From contig JADZCK010000015.1 in assembly GCA_020851595.1 (NCBI GenBank), positions 1,047 through 25,046 of the forward strand: a stretch of 24,000 nt of DNA, given 5' to 3'. The position numbers were made by a program, and so were the translations under genes. This DNA comes from Candidatus Nomurabacteria bacterium. GTDB taxonomy: Bacteria; Patescibacteriota; Minisyncoccia; Phycocordibacterales; UBA9973. Position 1 is the stretch's first letter. Each line of letters opens with the position of its first letter. Of this stretch, positions 8,406 through 14,957 are shown one piece after another. The notes beneath the pieces were generated by a model, which saw only the letters and a program-made list of their open reading frames with translations, made no database searches and was not told where the DNA came from.

Positions 8406-8659
8406 CACGAGAAAGCAAAATACCAACTACTCAGTAGTGTCCAATACAATTTACCTATACAGATTATAGTTTATGCACAATTATGTTAAATATGTGGATA
8501 ACTGTGTTGGTAATGTTTATAAAGGACACTTCTAATAACAGTCTTTTGGAGTCATTTTTGTAGATTATATGTTGTTAAATAAAGATATTTTAATAAAAGA
8601 CACTAAAATTAAGCTTATTGTTTCACGTGAAACTTTTTAATATATGTTACATATGAAAC

Positions 8660-9070
8660 ATGCCTAAAGTATTTACTTCTAAGACTCAAAAAACAGGAGA
8701 AATAGGAGAAAATATAGCTGTGAAGTTTCTCATGAAACAAGGTTTTTCGATATCAGATAGAAATTACACTAAAAAATGGGGAGAAATAGATATAATTGCT
8801 GAAAAAGGGGGAAAATTGCACTTTATAGAGGTAAAATCAGTATCAAAACCAAATTTAAACATTGTTACACATGAAACTCTTGATCAATACCACCCAGAGG
8901 ATAATATGCACCCCTGGAAGCTTAAAAGACTCTCAAGGACAATTCAAACTTATCTCTTGTCCAATAAGATTCCAGATGATAGGGCATGGCAAGTCGATCT
9001 AATGGTTGTTTTTCTTGATATCACCAGCAAAAAAGCAAGAATAAAAATAGTCAGCGATATTATTTTGTAA
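8660..9070 (+). CDS. YraN-family (UPF0102) endonuclease-like protein
   Basis: 136-aa ORF with GENIAVKFLMKQGFSISDRNY...GEIDIIAEKGGKLHFIEVKS. Confidence 0.8.
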   Translation: MPKVFTSKTQKTGEIGENIAVKFLMKQGFSISDRNYTKKWGEIDIIAEKGGKLHFIEVKSVSKPNLNIVTHETLDQYHPEDNMHPWKLKRLSRTIQTYLLSNKIPDDRAWQVDLMVVFLDITSKKARIKIVSDIIL

Positions 9071-9090
9071 AAAATAGTTTAATTTTTCTG

Positions 9091-9161
9091 TGCGGGATAC
9101 CGGAGTCGAACCGGTCACCACAGTTTGGAAAACTGTTATTTTACCGATAAACTAATCCCGC
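9091..9161 (-). tRNA. tRNA-Gly (anticodon UCC)
   Basis: GCGGGAU acceptor, ACAGU-UUUCCAA-ACUGU anticodon arm, ACCGG-UUCGACU-CCGGU T arm. No encoded CCA. Confidence 0.9.
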
Positions 9162-9165
9162 AATG

Positions 9166-9236
9166 TCGGGCTGCTGGGAGTCGAACCCAGCCTAAATGCT
9201 CCCAAAGCACTTGTACAACCGATATACTACAGCCCG
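9166..9236 (-). tRNA. tRNA-Pro (anticodon UGG)
   Basis: CGGGCUG acceptor with the C1:G72 pair typical of bacterial tRNA-Pro, AGUGC-UUUGGGA-GCAUU anticodon arm, CUGGG-UUCGACU-CCCAG T arm. Confidence 0.9.
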
Positions 9237-9349
9237 CGGTTATTTATTGACTGAATTATCTTAACATAAAAAATTTAAATATTCTACTCTGTTTTGTGTT
9301 TGACAAAAAACTTAATAGTTATAATGTTTAAATAGAAAGGAGATGTAGT

Positions 9350-9493
9350 ATGTCTACACAAGAAGAGAGGAAACTGCCAGGGAGAGACACAGGGATCATA
9401 TTCCCGTTAATCATCATAATTCTGATTGGGGTTTCTGTCATCATCGGAGCATTTTACTCCGATCAGATCGCGACCTACTTGAGCCCGCACTAA
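9350..9493 (+). CDS. Small membrane protein (47 aa), not in the ORF track
   Basis: MSTQEERKLPGRDTGIIFPLIIIILIGVSVIIGAFYSDQIATYLSPH. It is preceded by AAAGGAG 8 nt upstream and by TTGACA(9299)-15 nt-TATAAT(9320), and followed by a perfect terminator. It has one clear TM helix. Confidence 0.65.
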   Translation: MSTQEERKLPGRDTGIIFPLIIIILIGVSVIIGAFYSDQIATYLSPH

Positions 9494-9515
9494 TGTGGGC
9501 AGGAGAGGACGTTAA

Positions 9516-9567
9516 GGCAGGAAAAGTGAGTTTCCATCTCACTTTTCCTGCCTTTTCTTTTTTTAAC
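9516..9567 (+). terminator. Intrinsic terminator
   Basis: 15-bp perfect stem ggcaggaaaagtgag/ctcacttttcctgcc with a 7-nt loop, followed by ttttcttttttt. Confidence 0.9.
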
Positions 9568-9610
9568 AATATTTTGCAAACTATTTTTATTTAGTATAAG
9601 ATAAAAACAA

Positions 9611-10360
9611 ATGATGACTACATATATTTATGCATTTGTTAGTGTTGTCGCTGTAAGCTTAGTGTCTCTTGTTGGGGTATTTTCGCTTTCAGCCAGAGAA
9701 GAAATTATAAAAAAATACATTAGCCTTTTCATAAGCCTTGCTGTAGGCGCGCTTTTGGGAGACGCTTTTATACATTTGATACCTGAAGCTTTTGAGAAAT
9801 ATCCAAGCCACACATTGGCTAGTTTGTTTATTATTGTTGGTATTATTTTATTTTTTGTAATAGAAAAATTCCTTCACTGGCACCACCACGGCGAAGACCA
9901 AGAGGAATCAAGCATCCACCCAGTAGGGAAGTTGCTACTTTTCACTGACGGTTTTCACAATTTAATAGACGGAATAATTATCGGGGTAAGCTTTTTGGTA
10001 AGTGTCCCCGTAGGCATAGCCACCACCATAGCTGTAGTTTTACACGAAATACCTCAAGAAATAGGAGATTTTGCTGTATTAATTCATTCTGGATATGAGA
10101 AAAAAAGGGCTTTGTGGTTAAATTTCATTTCAGCCCTTACTTCTATTTTTGGAGTTGGTATCGCCTTGGTTTTTGGTAACATAGCAGGCAATTTTACTTC
10201 CTGGATATTACCGATATCTGCTGGTGGTTTTATTTATATAGCTGTCGCAGACCTTATCCCCGAACTACACAAAACAAAAGAATTAAAATATTCTGTACTA
10301 CAAATAATAGCCGTCCTTACTGGCGTATTGGCTATGCTAGCTCTAACTTTGTTGGAGTAA
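9611..10360 (+). CDS. ZIP-family divalent metal (zinc) transporter
   Basis: 249-aa polytopic ORF with HHHGEDQEE loop and the ZIP signature HEIPQEIGDFAVL. Confidence 0.85.
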   Translation: MMTTYIYAFVSVVAVSLVSLVGVFSLSAREEIIKKYISLFISLAVGALLGDAFIHLIPEAFEKYPSHTLASLFIIVGIILFFVIEKFLHWHHHGEDQEESSIHPVGKLLLFTDGFHNLIDGIIIGVSFLVSVPVGIATTIAVVLHEIPQEIGDFAVLIHSGYEKKRALWLNFISALTSIFGVGIALVFGNIAGNFTSWILPISAGGFIYIAVADLIPELHKTKELKYSVLQIIAVLTGVLAMLALTLLE

Positions 10361-10400
10361 TGTTTACATAAAACAAAACTAACTTGTATAATGTATTAAT

Positions 10401-11600
10401 ATGAAATTCGAAAATGAACCTTCGCCAAACAGCAAGGGAATCAATGAGTTAGAAGTTATAAAAAATAATATCATTAATTTATACGGGCAAGAAATTGCCA
10501 ATAAAATTTTTGCTAAATATTCAGAAATAATTTATGCCGCTGATAATATTGAAGAATATCTAAAATCTATCACAAAAGAATCAAAACCTGACAAGATTTT
10601 AATTAATCAAATAGGAACAAATTTACTTAAAAGAGTACAGCAATTACTTTTATCTGTAAAGCAAGGATTATCTGTTGAAGATATAAATAAAAATTTAGAA
10701 AATATTCAATCTTCAATTTTACTTTTTGGTTCTGTCATTAAAAACCTAAGGAAACAAGGGAAGGTTATTGAATTAAAAGATTTTGTAGATGTTGAATTTA
10801 TTGTTGATGAAAGTGTTCTTGAAAATGAAGCAGAACAAATGCGAGAAATTTATGCTCGCAATTACAAAGATACTCCAGAATTTCAAAAGGAGCTTTTAGA
10901 AAACTTCGATCACAGCATTGGAACAAGAGGCGAACGTAGTTATGGAGACGGAGATAATATGTTTTATTTATTAAAAGTCATAGGCAGAGTTGTGGCTTTT
11001 TGCAGATTTCACGAAGACTGGGAAACGGGAATTATTATAAAAAAGTTTGGATTTTTTAATGTTGACCAAAATTATCAAGGATTTCAGTTGGGAGAAATAA
11101 TGATGGAACAATCTTTAGATTTGGAAGCTAAAAATTCAATATTACAAGCCACTTGCACTGCCACAGCAAGTATAGCTGAACGTTATATTCAAAGAGGTTT
11201 TATTGGTACCCGATTTATCCCTGATTACAAAGGAATTCCAGATTTGTACATCGAACGAAACGACATAAAAAATAAAGAATATCCAAGTAAAAGTTTAAGG
11301 GAAGAAGAAATAATATCGAAACTAGGATCTTCAACTGAACATGACTTTAAAATTAATGACACTGAAATAAAAATAATTTCTTTTAACGAGAGTGATCCAT
11401 TACCTTTCGGATTAACCAATGAAGGTTGGATTTTGACTCAATATTTTTCAATAGGAAAGAAAAAATATACAGTTTTTGAAAAAATGAAACACGAAGAAAA
11501 ATTTGAATATGGAGAAGATTATGAAAGATTCTTAGGAGAAATAAAAAATGTTACAGAAAACAGAAAAAATAATAATACAGAGCCCCCTTACATATTCTAA
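10401..11600 (+). CDS. Hypothetical protein, possible GNAT-like central domain
   Basis: 399-aa ORF. The segment VVAFCRF...FNVDQNYQGFQLGEIMMEQSL...AERYIQRGF resembles the acetyl-CoA-binding core of GNAT folds. The match is weak. Confidence 0.45.
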   Translation: MKFENEPSPNSKGINELEVIKNNIINLYGQEIANKIFAKYSEIIYAADNIEEYLKSITKESKPDKILINQIGTNLLKRVQQLLLSVKQGLSVEDINKNLENIQSSILLFGSVIKNLRKQGKVIELKDFVDVEFIVDESVLENEAEQMREIYARNYKDTPEFQKELLENFDHSIGTRGERSYGDGDNMFYLLKVIGRVVAFCRFHEDWETGIIIKKFGFFNVDQNYQGFQLGEIMMEQSLDLEAKNSILQATCTATASIAERYIQRGFIGTRFIPDYKGIPDLYIERNDIKNKEYPSKSLREEEIISKLGSSTEHDFKINDTEIKIISFNESDPLPFGLTNEGWILTQYFSIGKKKYTVFEKMKHEEKFEYGEDYERFLGEIKNVTENRKNNNTEPPYIF

Positions 11601-11604
11601 AAAC

Positions 11605-12357
11605 TTAAATCTGGCTCCAGAGAAATTCGTAAATATATTTATGCATTCTGTATATAATGGGATCTTCAATAATAACTCCAATCATTTTATTTGGCGATAA
11701 TGTAATATATGATATTTTATCATCATAGATCTGCATAATGCTTTCAAAAGATAGCGCATCTTGCTTCATAAATTTATTTTCTGTTATTTCTGAATGATAA
11801 TCTGTTAGAAGCTGCCTTGCCTCTGGCGTATCAATAAAAATTCCTTTTTTCTTTAATTTTAATTTTTCTCTTTTTGCAACATATTCTTTATTTATTTCAG
11901 GTATATATTTAAAAATTGCTTCAATATCAGAATACGCGTATATTTCAGTTTTTGAAGTCAACGTATCTGCCAATACTTTTTTAATTCCATCTTCCCCCTC
12001 AAAGAACTGAACATTGGGCTTACCAAGAATTAAATTATATTTTGAAGATAAAGATCCTATAGAACTTAGTAATATTTCTTTGTTCAACGCTATTTCTTTT
12101 TCTTTTCTTTCTATATTTGAAAGTAGCAGGCTCGGATGAGCAGGGGAGAATGTAGCCACAGTACCAATTCCTCCATTTTTAGACACCAAACCCATAGATT
12201 CCAGCTGTTCTAAGACTTTATAAATAAGCCCTCGTTTTATACCAGTCCATTTGGACAAGTCGCTAGCCCTTTGAGGCCCTTTATCTAGCAGAGCTTGATA
12301 GACGAGTGACTGTTCTTCTGATAAACCTGCTTGCATTAAAATATTTTCTTCTTGCAT
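11605..12357 (-). CDS. TrmB-family transcriptional regulator
   Basis: 250-aa ORF. The N-terminal winged HTH is LSEEQSLVYQALLDKGPQRASDLSKWTGIKRGLIYKVLEQLESMGLVS. It is divergent from the island promoter. Confidence 0.8.
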   Translation of the reverse strand: MQEENILMQAGLSEEQSLVYQALLDKGPQRASDLSKWTGIKRGLIYKVLEQLESMGLVSKNGGIGTVATFSPAHPSLLLSNIERKEKEIALNKEILLSSIGSLSSKYNLILGKPNVQFFEGEDGIKKVLADTLTSKTEIYAYSDIEAIFKYIPEINKEYVAKREKLKLKKKGIFIDTPEARQLLTDYHSEITENKFMKQDALSFESIMQIYDDKISYITLSPNKMIGVIIEDPIIYRMHKYIYEFLWSQI

Positions 12358-12468
12358 ACATAAAGCATATCATATTTGTTTTTGTCACACAAATATGACA
12401 AGGTAAATAACAAAATGTATTGTAAATAAAGGATATTTTACTATTTACAGAATCATATTTATGTTACA

Positions 12469-12497
12469 TTGACATTTTAATTTAATTATGCTATAGT
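12469..12497 (+). promoter_or_regulatory. Strong sigma70-type promoter of the GC-rich operon
   Basis: TTGACA (12469-12474), a 17-nt spacer ending in TG-c, then TATAGT (12492-12497). It is followed by a ~135-nt structured leader and the SD AAGGAGG (12626-12632). Confidence 0.7.
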
Positions 12498-12638
12498 ATC
12501 TGCAGAGTTAATAAGTTCATTGATAGCTAGCAAGTTAATTTTTTCCGAAGATTTTGTGGGTGGTATTGTGGATATGAGATATTTCGTATCTAAAATACCG
12601 TCTGCAAATGCAACGGAAAAATAAAAAGGAGGAACGTC

Positions 12639-13055
12639 ATGAGTTATAAGCTCGTCGACGGTTCCCGGGGCAAGGCGCCCCGATTCGCGATCACGATGGG
12701 ATTGCAGGAGGGCTACGGCCCGACTGCAAAAAAACACCAGGTTGACGAGGTCGTCGACCTCGTCGAGGCATTTCTCAAGGCGGCCGCAGCCGCCGGGCGC
12801 CCGTACCTTACGGGATCCGTGACCACCGGAGTAGTGGTCTACGCTTGGCCGGAAGGACCCGGTCAGGCTGGCGGGGGGCACGAGCCCCAGGCCACGTACA
12901 GCGGGGAAGTGAACCCGTTGTACAACTCGGGGATGGCTGAGGGAGCCATCGTCGAGTTTCTTAACTCCCTCGCCTCGGTTCTAGGGTCTGCACTCGGGCA
13001 GACTCGGGTCTATGTCGTCTTCGCGGGCGACATGTGGATCCTCCAGGCCGAGTAG
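12639..13055 (+). CDS. Island ORF1, hypothetical protein (138 aa), GC-rich
   Basis: ATG lies 6 nt after AAGGAGG. Third codon positions are strongly G/C-biased. No family recognised. Confidence 0.7.
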   Translation: MSYKLVDGSRGKAPRFAITMGLQEGYGPTAKKHQVDEVVDLVEAFLKAAAAAGRPYLTGSVTTGVVVYAWPEGPGQAGGGHEPQATYSGEVNPLYNSGMAEGAIVEFLNSLASVLGSALGQTRVYVVFAGDMWILQAE

Positions 13056-13130
13056 TCCTCGGCCACACCGACAGGAGAGACGGTGTAATTTCTCTCCAAT
13101 CGAAAAAGGGGATAAGACTTTTCAAGTCAC

Positions 13131-13184
13131 GTCCTCTCCATTTTTCAGACCACAAAGAAATTTGCTGTCTGAATGGATGGAGTT
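13131..13184 (+). repeat. Element A, copy 1 (54-nt hairpin)
   Basis: 52/54 identical to 13961-14014. It folds as CUCCAU/AUGGAG + UUCAGAC/GUCUGAA + CAAA-GAAA-UUUG. Both differences fall in the apical tetraloop. Confidence 0.85.
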
Positions 13185-13211
13185 TGTTTCCTTGAAAAAT
13201 AAATAAACATC

Positions 13212-13265
13212 GTTTCCAGCGCAGAGTTTCTAAATTAATTTTTGGAAATTGTGTGCTGGAAACAG
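13212..13265 (+). repeat. Element B, copy 1 (54-nt hairpin)
   Basis: 52/54 identical to 14958-15011. It forms a ~20-bp stem gtttccagcgcagagtttct/ggaaattgtgtgctggaaac with three G-U pairs that work only on the + strand. Both differences are in the loop. Confidence 0.85.
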
Positions 13266-13317
13266 CAAAAAAAAGCAACACAAACCCACCTAGAAGGTGC
13301 GGGTTGAAGGAGAAAAC

Positions 13318-13860
13318 ATGAACGAAACTTTTTTTCTTGCGGTCATTTTGGCCATCGCAGTTTCTTTCCTTCTGAGGATCGTCCTCGGCGGGAAAAAAAC
13401 GATGGACATGCCGACCAAGTGGGCTCCGATCCCAAATCCTCCCGAAACCGAGGAGGAAAAAAAGAGAAAGGAGGTGAAAAAGCTCTTCGAGTTGGCGGAC
13501 GATATCGCCAACTACTTCGGGTGCGTGCTCTCAAGCAAGTTCTATGGTTCACCCTGGGGGTATGTTCATACCTCCAGGTACGAGGTCGTGGTGGGGGGCA
13601 ACAAGTTTGCCCTCTACCACAATATGGGGAAGAGAATCTGTCTTCTCGCAACCGGGGGAGAGGTTGAGCTCGGGGAGCAGGAGCTCCTCGACTCAGGGGT
13701 CATTGGACCCTTGGTCGAAGCCCTTGAAAAAGAGCTCGCGGTCCTCACGGAGGACCGTGACAAAGAAAGAAAAGAAGAAGAAAGAAGAGAAGAAAGAAAA
13801 AAAGAGGAAGAAGAAAGGAGAAGGGCGACTTGTGCCCTTCTCCGGAAAACTTTTTTATAG
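13318..13860 (+). CDS. Island ORF2, hypothetical membrane-anchored protein (180 aa) with KE-rich C-terminus
   Basis: ATG at 13318 lies 5 nt after GAAGGAG; the track's GTG at 13297 has no SD. It has an N-terminal TM helix FFLAVILAIAVSFLLRIVLGG and the C-terminal run DRDKERKEEERREERKKEEEERRR. Confidence 0.7.
   Translation: MNETFFLAVILAIAVSFLLRIVLGGKKTMDMPTKWAPIPNPPETEEEKKRKEVKKLFELADDIANYFGCVLSSKFYGSPWGYVHTSRYEVVVGGNKFALYHNMGKRICLLATGGEVELGEQELLDSGVIGPLVEALEKELAVLTEDRDKERKEEERREERKKEEEERRRATCALLRKTFL
13817..13856 (+). terminator. Terminator-like hairpin embedded in the last codons of ORF2
   Basis: 10-bp stem ggagaagggc/gcccttctcc (13817-13826/13834-13843), then ggaaaac and T6 (13851-13856). 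The stop codon is at 13858. Confidence 0.5.
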
Positions 13861-13960
13861 ACAAAACTTCTCTTGCGTGCCGTGACCACGCAGGTTTCAA
13901 TTATCTAGTTGATGTTACGGATCAACTCACAACGAGAGGATAAAAAGCTTTCATGCCTAA

Positions 13961-14014
13961 GTCCTCTCCATTTTTCAGACCACAAAATAATTTGCTGTCT
14001 GAATGGATGGAGTT
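13961..14014 (+). repeat. Element A, copy 2
   Basis: See copy 1. Here the apical loop is AUAA instead of GAAA, and all stems are retained. Confidence 0.85.
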
Positions 14015-14024
14015 CTTTAAAAAA

Positions 14025-14077
14025 GTTGATTCTGGGAATTTGTACATAAAATTTGCGTGCATATTCCCGGAATCAAC
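14025..14077 (+). promoter_or_regulatory. Element C: 15-bp hairpin preceding ORF3
   Basis: gttgattctgggaat / attcccggaatcaac, with one U-G pair that is valid only on the + strand, and a 23-nt loop. It occupies the same slot as element B in the other spacers. Confidence 0.7.
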
Positions 14078-14161
14078 AAGATAGAAAGGAGAGAAATTAA
14101 CTGCGTTTTTGTTTGGAACTCAGGAGCTTGAGGGAAGAACATTTACGCAAAAAAAGAAAAA

Positions 14162-14692
14162 ATGAAAAAAGTTTTTTCTTTTGACGCAGAGACCAACGGT
14201 CTCTGGGGCCAGGCTTTTGCCATCGGCGCGCTCGTCTATGACGAGAATGGCGTCGAGATAGCTCGATTCGTCGGACGGCTTCCCGAAACGGAAGTCAAAG
14301 ACGAATGGGTGAGGGCGAATGTCCTGCCTCAGTTGACCGCAGTCCCGGTCACCCACACGGATTACGCATCCTTGTTGGCCGACTTTGCTAAGTTCTACTT
14401 GGCAAATAAAGCTGACGCGGATATCGTAGTTCACATGGGAGTTCCTGTCGAGAGCAAACTGCTCATCGACATGCACTCCAGTGGGCTGATCGGCGACTGG
14501 GATGGTCCCTATCCGCTCTGCGACGTCGCGGGCAATCTCCAGCAGGCTGGGGAAGACCCGACGTCCGTAGACGGATACGTGCGCAAGCACGGGCTCGAAG
14601 TGCCGGAATTTGGTACGACGCACAATCCGCTGTATGACAGCGCGGTTGCCGCCGTAGCTTATCGGCATCTCTTGAGCCGTCGGACCGTCTAA
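14162..14692 (+). CDS. Island ORF3, DEDDh-type (DnaQ-like) 3'-5' exonuclease (176 aa)
   Basis: Exo I motif FSFDAETNGL (D8, E10) and Exo III motif HNPLYDSAVAA (H-x4-D). It is small and single-domain. No SD is present, only an A-rich leader. Confidence 0.75.
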   Translation: MKKVFSFDAETNGLWGQAFAIGALVYDENGVEIARFVGRLPETEVKDEWVRANVLPQLTAVPVTHTDYASLLADFAKFYLANKADADIVVHMGVPVESKLLIDMHSSGLIGDWDGPYPLCDVAGNLQQAGEDPTSVDGYVRKHGLEVPEFGTTHNPLYDSAVAAVAYRHLLSRRTV

Positions 14693-14868
14693 CGGTCGAC
14701 GCGTCAATCACTGGACCAGCAGTAAACTGGGAAAGCTCTCGGTAGAGTTGTAATGGTGGATACTAGAGCAGAAATCTGCGGAAGCTACTCCGAGAAAGAC
14801 CGCCCACTAAGCTTTGCTTTTGTGCTTTGAACAAAAGTTAATCACGGGGCTTGTGCAAAACGAGCCCC

Positions 14869-14931
14869 AACCGTCCACAGATATGTGTCTGTGCTGATGA
14901 GTCCTACGTTTACACTCAGGACGAAACGGTT
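14869..14931 (+). ncRNA. Hammerhead self-cleaving ribozyme, type III
   Basis: AACCGUC|CACAGA-uaugug-UCUGUG-CUGAUGA-GUCCU-(12 nt)-AGGAC-GAA-ACGGUU. All invariant core nucleotides are present. Stems I and II are capped and stem III is open. Predicted cleavage is after C14875. Confidence 0.9.
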
Positions 14932-14957
14932 AAGTTCTTTAAAATAATAAATAAAAT

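Noticed and set aside
8620-8633. 14-bp palindrome gtttcacgtgaaac upstream of the YraN-family gene, considered as a regulator site.
   Set aside because: It is real in the sequence, but it is a single short palindrome in AT-rich DNA with no second copy in the window. There is not enough evidence to call a function.
13243-13259. TGGAAATTGTGTGCTGG inside element B considered as a sigma54 -24/-12 promoter.
   Set aside because: The GG to GC spacing is one nt short of the consensus, and the -24 and -12 elements are poor matches. The sequence is simply the 3' arm of the hairpin.
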